Below are positions 36,712 to 44,237 of a stretch of DNA of 47,070 bases, piece after piece. The stretch spans positions 1 to 47,070 of the forward strand of contig JAKANJ010000001.1 of the NCBI GenBank assembly GCA_021823825.1, in the 5' to 3' direction. The stretch comes from a bacterium (GTDB lineage Bacteria > Patescibacteriota > Minisyncoccia > Phycocordibacterales > UBA1550). Both the position numbers and the translations under genes were made by a program. How positions within the stretch are numbered: the first letter of the stretch is position 1; each line of letters begins with the position of its first letter. A model generated the notes under the pieces. That model was not told the DNA's origin, did no database searches, and saw only the letters and a program-made list of their open reading frames with translations.

Positions 36712-37306
36712 AAACCTTTTCGTTTGATCCTTCTTTTGGGCGACGCGTTGCTTGTCTGCGCCCACGACGCGATCCACTTTCTCCACCAGGGTTCCCCCCA
36801 CGGAAGCCAAGAAGGTATTTCCTTGGGTCGTCGCACATATCAATAAAGTCATCGCTTGCTTCACGAAGCCGTCCTGATGCAGAACGACCAAAGGTGATTA
36901 CTTCAACCTGTGTTCCCATATATTTTAAATATTCCACAAGTGGAACAAAGTCGCCATCTCCCGAGGCGAGGACAACGCAGTCTACTTTTGAGGCCAGACG
37001 AATTGCATCAACGGCGATACCAACATCCCAATCGCCCTTCTTTGCACCACCAAAAAAGATCTGTAAATCCTTAGTTTTTGTCTCAATTCCAAGGTTGTTG
37101 AGTGCTTCAAAAAATGGTTTCTCCTCTTCTGTTTCTGTGGTGATAACGTATGCGATCGCACGAATGAGATGTCTTCCCGCGACGGCCTCTTTGAGCACCG
37201 CACCAAAGTTTACTTTGGCTCCATAGAGATTGCGAGCACTGTGGTAAAGGTTTTGTGTATCAATGAGCATCGCAACGCGTTGCTCTTTCTGTTTAATGAC
37301 TGCCAT
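36710..37306 (-). CDS. NYN/LabA-DUF88 (PIN-like) domain protein
   Basis: IDTQNLY, KGDWDVGIAVD, SGDGDFVPL, L...DDFID; R/G-rich tail. Confidence 0.9.
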   Translation of the reverse strand: MAVIKQKEQRVAMLIDTQNLYHSARNLYGAKVNFGAVLKEAVAGRHLIRAIAYVITTETEEEKPFFEALNNLGIETKTKDLQIFFGGAKKGDWDVGIAVDAIRLASKVDCVVLASGDGDFVPLVEYLKYMGTQVEVITFGRSASGRLREASDDFIDMCDDPRKYLLGFRGGNPGGESGSRRGRRQATRRPKEGSNEKV

Positions 37307-37501
37307 ATATAACTAGGTATAATAATTAGCTGTTTCGCTCGCGCTTCAAAAAATATCATTTTGTACACGGGCTCCCTGCTGTTAGTAAAAAATTTTAACT
37401 TACGATTACTTATGAAAAACAAAAATTCTATTCAAAATTAAATTTCATTAAAACAAGAACAAAGCTTTTCCAGTAAATAGTATTGCACATCAACGAAAAA
37501 A

Positions 37502-37539
37502 CAAAAAGCCCGATTCGTAGTAACGAATCGGGCTTTTTG
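37502..37539 (-). terminator. Intrinsic terminator after rpsO
   Basis: CAAAAAGCCCGATTCGT-AGTA-ACGAATCGGGCTTTTTG. Confidence 0.85.
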
Positions 37540-37544
37540 CAGGT

Positions 37545-37808
37545 TTACTTCAAGCCAATTTTCTTTACAAGAGTTTCGTAACGATCTTTGCTCTTGCGCT
37601 TAAGGTAGTTCAAGTGTGTACGACGATTTGCAACCATTTGAAGTAATCCGCGACGAGAGTGGTTGTCCTTGCGGTTCTTTTTCAAATGAAGGGCAAGTTC
37701 ATCAATTGACTTGGATAAAACAGCTACCTGAGCCTCTGGAGAACCAGTGTCGGTGGCATGAATTTGAACCTTCTTTATAATATTGTGCTTTTGCTTCGTT
37801 GTTACCAT
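37545..37808 (-). CDS. rpsO: 30S ribosomal protein S15
   Basis: DTGSPEAQVA, HLKKNRKDNHSRRGLL.MV..R...L.YL; 87 aa from ATG 37808. Confidence 0.96.
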   Translation of the reverse strand: MVTTKQKHNIIKKVQIHATDTGSPEAQVAVLSKSIDELALHLKKNRKDNHSRRGLLQMVANRRTHLNYLKRKSKDRYETLVKKIGLK

Positions 37809-37914
37809 TAGGTATACAATAGCATATCTTGCCCCAAATTGCAATACCCTTGCTGATAAGGCTGCATTTGGTCCACTTGGGGGAGGTGTCGATAATAGCA
37901 CCTAAATTATAGGA

Positions 37915-38163
37915 CTAAATTTCGTTGTCGCCGTTGGGGATAATCTCTATACCCCCTATGTCCTTGAGCTCTTTTGAAAATTCATCGTGAGGCTCTTCAC
38001 GGACAGGCTTATCTACTTTGTTTTCAAGGAAAATACCCTGCTTTGCAAGAGCATTAATTGCACCCGCCGTGCTTTCCTTTGGGGTAGTTTTATCCGTGTC
38101 GTCTGCGTCGTCGCTCAAATTTCGTGATTCGGAGAAGAGGATATCGTCGTCTTTGGGATTCAT
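37915..38163 (-). CDS. Small acidic hypothetical protein
   Basis: 82-aa ATG ORF filling the gap, with a -10-like sequence just upstream; no recognised motif. Confidence 0.55.
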   Translation of the reverse strand: MNPKDDDILFSESRNLSDDADDTDKTTPKESTAGAINALAKQGIFLENKVDKPVREEPHDEFSKELKDIGGIEIIPNGDNEI

Positions 38164-38302
38164 GATATGTATTCTATCGTAATTGATTTTATTTTACAAA
38201 GCAACAGCGCTACGGGCTCTCCCGCCGACAGTAATATCTTGCTATACTAGTTATGTAGTGTGCCCCATGAGCGCTATTTGTTCCCCTAAGCCTTTCTTTT
38301 GA

Positions 38303-39247
38303 ATGAAAACAACGTCGCACAACATTCCTTCAACTCCGCTTGGCGTATTTGTACGGCAATATTTAGAGTATCTCGAAATAGAGCGTGGGCGCAGTCTCAA
38401 AACGATAGAAAATTATGAACGATACCTCGCTCTTTTTTTAGCCATGAGTGGTGTCAAAACGCCAGGTGATATTACGGATGATGTCATCCGCTCTTTTCGA
38501 TTGGCGCTCAATAGGCAGGAAGCGGGAATTCACGATGGTCGGAGAGAAACAATTAAAAAGAAAACACAAAACTATTATCTGATCGCATTAAGAAGTTTTT
38601 TAAAGTATTTACGAAAACGAGGAGTTGAATCATACGCTCCCGAACGAATTGAACTCGCCAAGGTTTCTGAGCGAACTATTGATTTGGTAACGACACCTGA
38701 TCTGCACCGGCTTCTTTCTGCTCCTGATACGAGCACCCTAAAAGGGTTACGAGACAAGGCTATTTTGGAATTATTCTTTTCAACAGGATTGCGACTTTCT
38801 GAATTGTGTTCGCTCTCGCGCGATATTGATCTTGGCCGCGAAGAAATATCAGTGCGCGGAAAAGGGGAAAAAGTTCGTGTTGTTTTTATCTCAGATGATG
38901 CAAAAAATGCAATCATAGAATACCTCAAAAAAAGAAAAGATATGGATGATGCGCTTTTTGTGCAAGAAAGTAAGCGTGCGCGCGAAGATGGTTCTATTCG
39001 TCTTACGCCACGCTCTGTTGAACGAATGGTAAAATACTATGCGGCAAAAGCGGGAATTATGGACAAGGTAACGCCCCATATTTTACGACATAGTTTTGCA
39101 ACGGACTTGTTGTATAACGGCGCTGATATCCGCTCAGTGCAAATGATGCTCGGGCATTCAAGTATTTCAACAACGCAGATTTATACACATATCACTGATA
39201 ACGAACTTCGAAACGTGCATAAAAAGTTTCACGGAAAGAGACGTTAA
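38303..39247 (+). CDS. XerC/XerD-family tyrosine recombinase
   Basis: N-terminal SAM-like domain (S.KTIENY), TGLRLSEL, GKGEK.R, TPHILRHSFAT, LGH, TTQIYT. Confidence 0.92.
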   Translation: MKTTSHNIPSTPLGVFVRQYLEYLEIERGRSLKTIENYERYLALFLAMSGVKTPGDITDDVIRSFRLALNRQEAGIHDGRRETIKKKTQNYYLIALRSFLKYLRKRGVESYAPERIELAKVSERTIDLVTTPDLHRLLSAPDTSTLKGLRDKAILELFFSTGLRLSELCSLSRDIDLGREEISVRGKGEKVRVVFISDDAKNAIIEYLKKRKDMDDALFVQESKRAREDGSIRLTPRSVERMVKYYAAKAGIMDKVTPHILRHSFATDLLYNGADIRSVQMMLGHSSISTTQIYTHITDNELRNVHKKFHGKRR

Positions 39248-39261
39248 GTTATACTGATTTC

Positions 39262-40029
39262 ATGAAACTTATTTCTTGGAACGTAAATGGTTTGAGGGCA
39301 GTAGTACGAAAAGAACGATTCCTTCCGCTGTTTCAGGGAAAGCCAGATATTATCTGCCTTCAAGAGGTGAAGGCAGAGGCAGAACAGCTTCCCGAAGATG
39401 TACGAAATATCCCGGGCTACCATTCGTACTTCACCCATTCAAAAGGACGAAAAGGCTACAGTGGAGTCGCTGTATATTCTCGTGTCGAGCCGGAAAAAGT
39501 AGAGTACGGCATGGGTATTTCTCGCTTTGATGACGAGGGTCGGATAATTGTCCTTTATCTTAAGGACACGGTGATTCTCAATGTTTATTTCCCAAACGGC
39601 GGAGGCGGCCCAGAGCGGCTACAATATAAGCTTGATTTTTATGACGCTTTTCTCGATTTTATTGAAAAGTTGCATAAGCGAGGCAAGCATATTATTTTTT
39701 GCGGTGATGTAAACACCGCACACGAAGCAGTTGACTTGGCTCGACCGAAAGAAAACGAAAACCACACAGGGTTTCTTCCTGAGGAACGTGCCTGGATAGA
39801 TGAAGTTATCTACCATGGATATGTTGATACATTTCGTACGCTTCATCCACACACGCGCGATGCATATAGCTATTGGGACATGAAAACTGCGGCACGAGAC
39901 AGAAATGTTGGCTGGCGTATTGATTATTTTTTTGTAAGTCCTGAGCTTGTAGGAAAAGTACAAAAGGCAGAGATCCTTTCCTCGTACGAGGGTTCAGACC
40001 ACTGCCCTATTGTGCTCGAACTTTTGTAA
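39262..40029 (+). CDS. xth: Exodeoxyribonuclease III / AP endonuclease
   Basis: SWNVNGLR, CLQEVK, GYSGVA, EGR, VYFPNG, GDVNTAH, GWRIDY, SDHCP. Confidence 0.95.
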   Translation: MKLISWNVNGLRAVVRKERFLPLFQGKPDIICLQEVKAEAEQLPEDVRNIPGYHSYFTHSKGRKGYSGVAVYSRVEPEKVEYGMGISRFDDEGRIIVLYLKDTVILNVYFPNGGGGPERLQYKLDFYDAFLDFIEKLHKRGKHIIFCGDVNTAHEAVDLARPKENENHTGFLPEERAWIDEVIYHGYVDTFRTLHPHTRDAYSYWDMKTAARDRNVGWRIDYFFVSPELVGKVQKAEILSSYEGSDHCPIVLELL

Positions 40030-40030
40030 G

Positions 40031-41500
40031 CTATTTTACTCCGTGACGTTTGCGGATAATTGAAAGCTCCCCCTCTTCTGCTTCTTCTTTTTTCTCCTTC
40101 CCTTCTTCTCCTAACTTTTTTAGTTCTTCAGTGGGGAGTTTCGCAAGTTCACGTGTGCGTTTCACGAGAAACGTTTCCATATTATTTTCTGGATTATCCA
40201 ACACCTCTTCAAGAAGAGCATGCAAGATGTAGCCAAGTCGAGGACCAGGTTTTTCTCCTGTAACTTCCATGACTTTTACTCCATCAACCTTGAGCATCCC
40301 CACAGAAATGGGTGCGCGCATGGCCTCTTCAATCATTGCTTCATATTTGCGCAAACGATAAGGCGCTTCTTTTGGGCGGCCCATACCGATGCGATCACAT
40401 GCACGAACATTCATGAGGCTCCAGACATTGTCGGGACCAACATTTTTAACAATGCGGCGAACAGCAGAAAGAGTAATTTTTTCAATATCTGAAAAGAAAA
40501 GATGGTATCGCACAAGCGATGAAACAACTTCAACAATTTTTTGAGGATATTTAAGACGCTTAAGAATTTTTTCTGTTACTTTTCCTCCCACCACATCATG
40601 CCCGTAGAATGTCCAATTCTTTTTTTCCTCTGACCACCTGCGTGTCTCAGGTTTAGAAATGTCGTGAAACAGGGCCGCGAGACGAACGTGGAGCGGCCAA
40701 TTTCTGTCTGCAGAGTGTTGTAGTGCGCGGATGTTATGTTCCCAAACGTCATAAATATGGTCGCCGTTTTGTTCAACACCAATTCCCTGCTCCAGCTCAG
40801 GAACAATATATTTGAGCAAGCCAAGCTTTTGACACACGACTACGCCCATCATTGGGTTCTTTGTCATCAGCATTTTAGTGAATTCATCACGGATACGTTC
40901 CATTGAAATTTGTTTCAAGTCTGAAGCTTTTTCAATAATTGCATTTTGAGTATCAAGCTCGATAGTAAATCCAAGATCGGTAGACAGACGAACGGCTCGT
41001 AAAAGGCGCAGGGCATCTTCCCCAAAACGTTCAAGGGGGTTTCCCACCGTGCGAAGAACTTTATCTTCAATGTCCTTTATGCCACCAAATATGTCCTTTA
41101 TCTGTCCTTTAGAATCATCATAGGCAATAGCATTGATAGTAAAATCTCTACGCTTTAGATCATCTTCTAGTTTCCCGTGAAACGTTACTGTGTCAGGACG
41201 GCGTTTGTCAGAGTATGCCCCTTCTGTGCGGTAAGGAGTAACTTCAATAACTTTTAGGGTGCTATCCTCTGTTTCATTAACAATGCCAACTGTACCATAG
41301 TCATTTTCATAAAATGTTTCACTAAAGAGTGATTGGATTTCTTCAGGTTTCGCATTTGTCGTCACATCCCAGTCCTTAGGGCTTATGTTTTGTAAGATAT
41401 CACGAACACAGCCACCTACGAGGTATGCCTCAAAACCTGCTTTTCGCAAAGTAGATGTTACATGTGAAACTTCTTTTGGGATTGGGTAGGAGATTTCCAT
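40031..41500 (-). CDS. cca: CCA tRNA nucleotidyltransferase with HD domain
   Basis: VGGCVRD, KDWDVTT, DL.RRDFTINA, EDALRLLR, ERIRDE, H.YDVWEH, LFHDISK. Confidence 0.9.
   Translation of the reverse strand: MEISYPIPKEVSHVTSTLRKAGFEAYLVGGCVRDILQNISPKDWDVTTNAKPEEIQSLFSETFYENDYGTVGIVNETEDSTLKVIEVTPYRTEGAYSDKRRPDTVTFHGKLEDDLKRRDFTINAIAYDDSKGQIKDIFGGIKDIEDKVLRTVGNPLERFGEDALRLLRAVRLSTDLGFTIELDTQNAIIEKASDLKQISMERIRDEFTKMLMTKNPMMGVVVCQKLGLLKYIVPELEQGIGVEQNGDHIYDVWEHNIRALQHSADRNWPLHVRLAALFHDISKPETRRWSEEKKNWTFYGHDVVGGKVTEKILKRLKYPQKIVEVVSSLVRYHLFFSDIEKITLSAVRRIVKNVGPDNVWSLMNVRACDRIGMGRPKEAPYRLRKYEAMIEEAMRAPISVGMLKVDGVKVMEVTGEKPGPRLGYILHALLEEVLDNPENNMETFLVKRTRELAKLPTEELKKLGEEGKEKKEEAEEGELSIIRKRHGVK
40158..40173. 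promoter_or_regulatory. parS-like site inside cca
   Basis: CGTTTCACGAGAAACG vs consensus TGTTTCACGTGAAACA. Confidence 0.5.
41456..41471. promoter_or_regulatory. parS-like site inside cca 5' end
   Basis: TGTTACATGTGAAACT (encodes VSHVT). Confidence 0.55.
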
Positions 41501-41579
41501 CTATCGTTTGGTTAACACAGAAAGCATAGCTTTTTTTTTGCGTTTTGACCACTTTTACTGTACAGTTACTCAATCACAT

Positions 41580-41651
41580 GCCCTTGTGGTGAAATGGATA
41601 TCATATCGGTCTTCGAAACCGGCGTTCCAGGTTCGAATCCTGGCAGGGGCA
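41580..41651 (+). tRNA. tRNA-Arg(TCG), CCA not encoded
   Basis: GCCCTTG/CAGGGGC acceptor, TCGGT-CTTCGAA-ACCGG anticodon arm, CCAGG-TTCGAAT-CCTGG T arm. Confidence 0.94.
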
Positions 41652-41656
41652 CAAGG

Positions 41657-41882
41657 CGAAAAACCTCCCCTGCGGGAGATTTTTCAGCACTTGTGCCAGG
41701 CGGAGCGATGTTTTGTTAGCAAACAAAACCGCGAGCCGGGGTAGCGAGTTTGTGTGAGCGACGGCGAACGCAAAACTCGTGACCACAAGAATATCACGAA
41801 AAACCTCCCCTGCGGGAGATTTTTCAGCACTTGTGCCAGGCGGAGCGATGTTTTGTTAGCAAACAAAACCGCGAGCCGGGGT
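41657..41882 (+). repeat. Two identical 86-bp direct repeats (41657-41742, 41797-41882) downstream of tRNA-Arg(TCG)
   Basis: CGAAAAACCTCCCC...GCGAGCCGGGGT twice, period 140 bp. Confidence 0.93.
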
Positions 41883-42345
41883 CAGGAAGTGGTTACTTTG
41901 AGGTCTTGCAATATTTGAACGTGTCGGATCGCCATACATTCTGGGATTTTTAGTAGGGTATACCCGTGATCATGCTGCTATTTAGTGGAAGTGGTAAATT
42001 CTTGTGATTATAGTGGTTTCTCCCCCGTGTGTGGTTTTCTGTTATAACTTGGCGATATTGGTGTATCTACTGCTTTATAAGCTGGAATCTAAAATGAAAA
42101 ACGGTGTTTTAGCGATAAGTATATTTCTATAAATAAAAACGAATGAAACAAGGCGCCAACAGCTAAATATTAATTTTTGCTAGGTAAATAAAGGATATTT
42201 TCCGTGCTAGCACTTTTGCTAATTCCCCTGTCTGTCTGATTATAATAAATACACAAGCAGTTTGTATATAAATAAGCAATTTATAATCAAAGAACGCCTC
42301 TTCCAAAAAAATAAAAAAAATGTATAGTATATCAGTAGAAAGCTT

Positions 42346-42416
42346 GCGGGTATGGTTTAGTGGTAGAATGCGTCCTTGCCAAGGACGAGACGGGAGTTCG
42401 ATTCTCCCTACCCGCA
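42346..42416 (+). tRNA. tRNA-Gly(GCC), CCA not encoded
   Basis: GCGGGTA/TACCCGC acceptor, CGTCC-TTGCCAA-GGACG, GGGAG-TTCGATT-CTCCC. Confidence 0.95.
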
Positions 42417-42691
42417 CATTACAAAGATACCCCAGCCACCCGGCTGGGGTACCTTTGTAATGCTTGGGATGTAGGGAGAATCGAACTGGCCGGAACGATG
42501 CCGAGCAAGGCCACGATAAATCTAGGGCACTGCGATTTTCTAAGGTCTCAGTCGAGACCAAGTAAATCGGGAGCATGCGAGGCCGTGAGGCGGGGCCGGC
42601 AGAAACTTATGAGCGACGGCGAGTAAGTTATCTGTGGCTTCGTTTCCCTACCCGCACATTACAAAGATACCCCAGCCACCCGGCTGGGGTA
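42405..42691 (+). repeat. tRNA-Gly 3'-end fold-back element: 47-bp direct repeats (42405-42451, 42645-42691) with internal 17-bp inverted tRNA copy (42471-42487)
   Basis: TCCCTACCCGCACATTACAAAGATACCCCAGCCACCCGGCTGGGGTA twice; GTAGGGAGAATCGAACT is the reverse complement of 42395-42411. Confidence 0.92.
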
Positions 42692-42848
42692 TCTTTGTGT
42701 AATTTAAGCGGCAACAAGGCAAGTCCAATATATAGAATAGGTGCAGGTTCAACTCAACGCATAAAGGACACTAAAATATTAAAACACAGCCAATGAATAG
42801 CACGTCAACAGCCATACTAGGCAAAATATAGCTTAAAATTATAAAAAC

Positions 42849-42878
42849 TGTGGATAACTATGTGGATACTGTTGATAA
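42849..42878. promoter_or_regulatory. Cluster of three DnaA boxes
   Basis: TGTGGATAA 42849-42857, TGTGGATAC 42861-42869, TGTTGATAA 42870-42878. Confidence 0.65.
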
Positions 42879-43057
42879 AGGACACATAAAATTAAAAGCG
42901 TAATGTCTAAAACTCTAAAAGACGTAGTAGCTATTTCTAAAAAACCTATACATCCCAATGGTATTTAAGAAATTTGCAAAAAAACGCAGATTTTTATGTA
43001 AATGTTACTAAGTAACATATACATTGTTATTCGTGAAACGTTCAAGTATACTGACTT

Positions 43058-43471
43058 GTGGCGGTACAAACAGAAAAACAAAAAATTGGAGCACTTGGGG
43101 AGGAAATTGCGTCAAAATTCCTTACTAATAAGGGTTTTACGATAAAATTAAGGAATTATCGTAAGAAATGTGGCGAAATTGATATTATCGCAGAAAAAGG
43201 GGAAATACTTCATTTTGTTGAAGTTAAAAGTGTTTCACGTGAAAGTTCTAATGATTTTGATCCAGGTGTTTCCCATGAAACGTGTGGCTATCGGCCAGAG
43301 GACAACATCCACCCACAGAAACTGAAACGTCTATCTAGGGCGATTAGACTTTATTTGTGGGAAAACTTTCATGAAAATGAGCCAAAATGGGTGTTTGATG
43401 CAATAACAGTAAAGCTAAATATCAAAACTATGCGAGCCTTTGTTAAGTTTATTGGGGATATCACGCTGTAG
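43058..43471 (+). CDS. yraN: YraN (UPF0102) family PD-(D/E)xK nuclease
   Basis: G.LGEEIA..FL..KG, RNYR...GEIDII, HFVEVK, FD. Confidence 0.88.
   Translation: MAVQTEKQKIGALGEEIASKFLTNKGFTIKLRNYRKKCGEIDIIAEKGEILHFVEVKSVSRESSNDFDPGVSHETCGYRPEDNIHPQKLKRLSRAIRLYLWENFHENEPKWVFDAITVKLNIKTMRAFVKFIGDITL
43231..43282. promoter_or_regulatory. Two parS-like sites inside yraN (a weaker third at 43025-43040)
   Basis: TGTTTCACGTGAAAGT 43231-43246; TGTTTCCCATGAAACG 43267-43282; TGTTATTCGTGAAACG 43025-43040. Confidence 0.68.
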
Positions 43472-43576
43472 GAGCTTTATAAAAGTAACTGAGTGTGCTA
43501 GTATTTCATAACAATTTTCCGCTTTGGAGCGAAATTGTACTTGGAACGGTTCTCTATTGAAAATTGAAGCTATGGT

Positions 43577-43652
43577 CGGGGTGTGGTGTAACGGCTAACA
43601 TTCCTGTTTTGGGTACAGGCGACTCCGGGTTCGAATCCCGGCACCCCGACCA
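43577..43652 (+). tRNA. tRNA-Pro(TGG), CCA encoded
   Basis: CGGGGTG/CACCCCG acceptor, CCTGT-TTTGGGT-ACAGG, CCGGG-TTCGAAT-CCCGG, ACCA. Confidence 0.94.
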
Positions 43653-43706
43653 TGATTTTAATTGGTATCGGGGGGTATTTGACAAAATGTTGAATATCCC
43701 TGCGAA

Positions 43707-43778
43707 CCCCTCGTCGTTCAACGGATAGGACGCAAGCTTCCGAAGCCTGTGACGCAGGTTCGATTCCTGCCGAGGGGA
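43707..43778 (+). tRNA. tRNA-Arg(CCG), CCA not encoded
   Basis: CCCCTCG/CGAGGGG acceptor, CAAGC-TTCCGAA-GCCTG (one A.C mismatch), GCAGG-TTCGATT-CCTGC. Confidence 0.88.
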
Positions 43779-43780
43779 CA

Positions 43781-43825
43781 ATAGCAAAACTCCAGCAAGG
43801 TTAAGCCTTGCTGGAGTTTTGCTAT
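43781..43825 (+). terminator. 20-bp stem hairpin after tRNA-Arg(CCG)
   Basis: ATAGCAAAACTCCAGCAAGG-TTAAG-CCTTGCTGGAGTTTTGCTAT. Confidence 0.75.
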
Positions 43826-43832
43826 ATCGCGC

Positions 43833-44100
43833 CCCCTCGGCAGGAATCGAACCGTAGGCGACTGATTTTCTTGGTCTCAACAGAGACCTTAGAAAATCGG
43901 AGTTCCGACTGAAAGGAGGGGCGATTCCTGCCGAGGGGACAATGACAAAAACACCAGATTTGCTCCTGGTGCTTTTTGTTATACGAGTTATCCCTCAGTA
44001 GGAATCGAACCGTAGGCGACTGATTTTCTTGGTCTCAACAGAGACCTTAGAAAATCGGAGTTCCGACTGAAAGGAGGGGCGATTCCTGCCAAGGGTACAA
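43833..44100 (+). repeat. Two-unit fold-back array: identical 91-bp repeats (43842-43932, 44000-44090) bounded by inverted and direct tRNA 3'-end copies
   Basis: CCCCTCGGCAGGAATCGAACC (43833-43853) is the reverse complement of tRNA 43757-43777; CGATTCCTGCCGAGGGGACAAT is repeated at 43922-43943; period 158 bp. Confidence 0.93.
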
Positions 44101-44237
44101 AATATTCAAATCATGGTGCGGTGACACCCTTTCTGTGAAATTTAGTGACCTTCTTGATTAATGATCACCATTACGGTACTCTTCAAAATAGAAATAAATT
44201 GAGTCAATGGCGGCTCGAGGATACCAAGGGGGATAAA

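Noticed and set aside
38206..38276. AGCGCT..GGGC / GCCC..AGCGCT inverted match upstream of the xer gene
   Set aside because: Short, interrupted and partly self-palindromic; plausibly chance.
38303..39247. Integrase of a prophage or island at the tRNA cluster
   Set aside because: It is housekeeping Xer-type in size and motifs, flanked by rpsO, xth and cca, not adjacent to the tRNA repeats, and no phage genes are present. A trans role cannot be excluded.
41657..44100. CRISPR array interpretation of the tRNA-linked repeats
   Set aside because: Repeats are 47-91 bp with only two copies each, partly derived from tRNA ends, and no cas genes are in the window.
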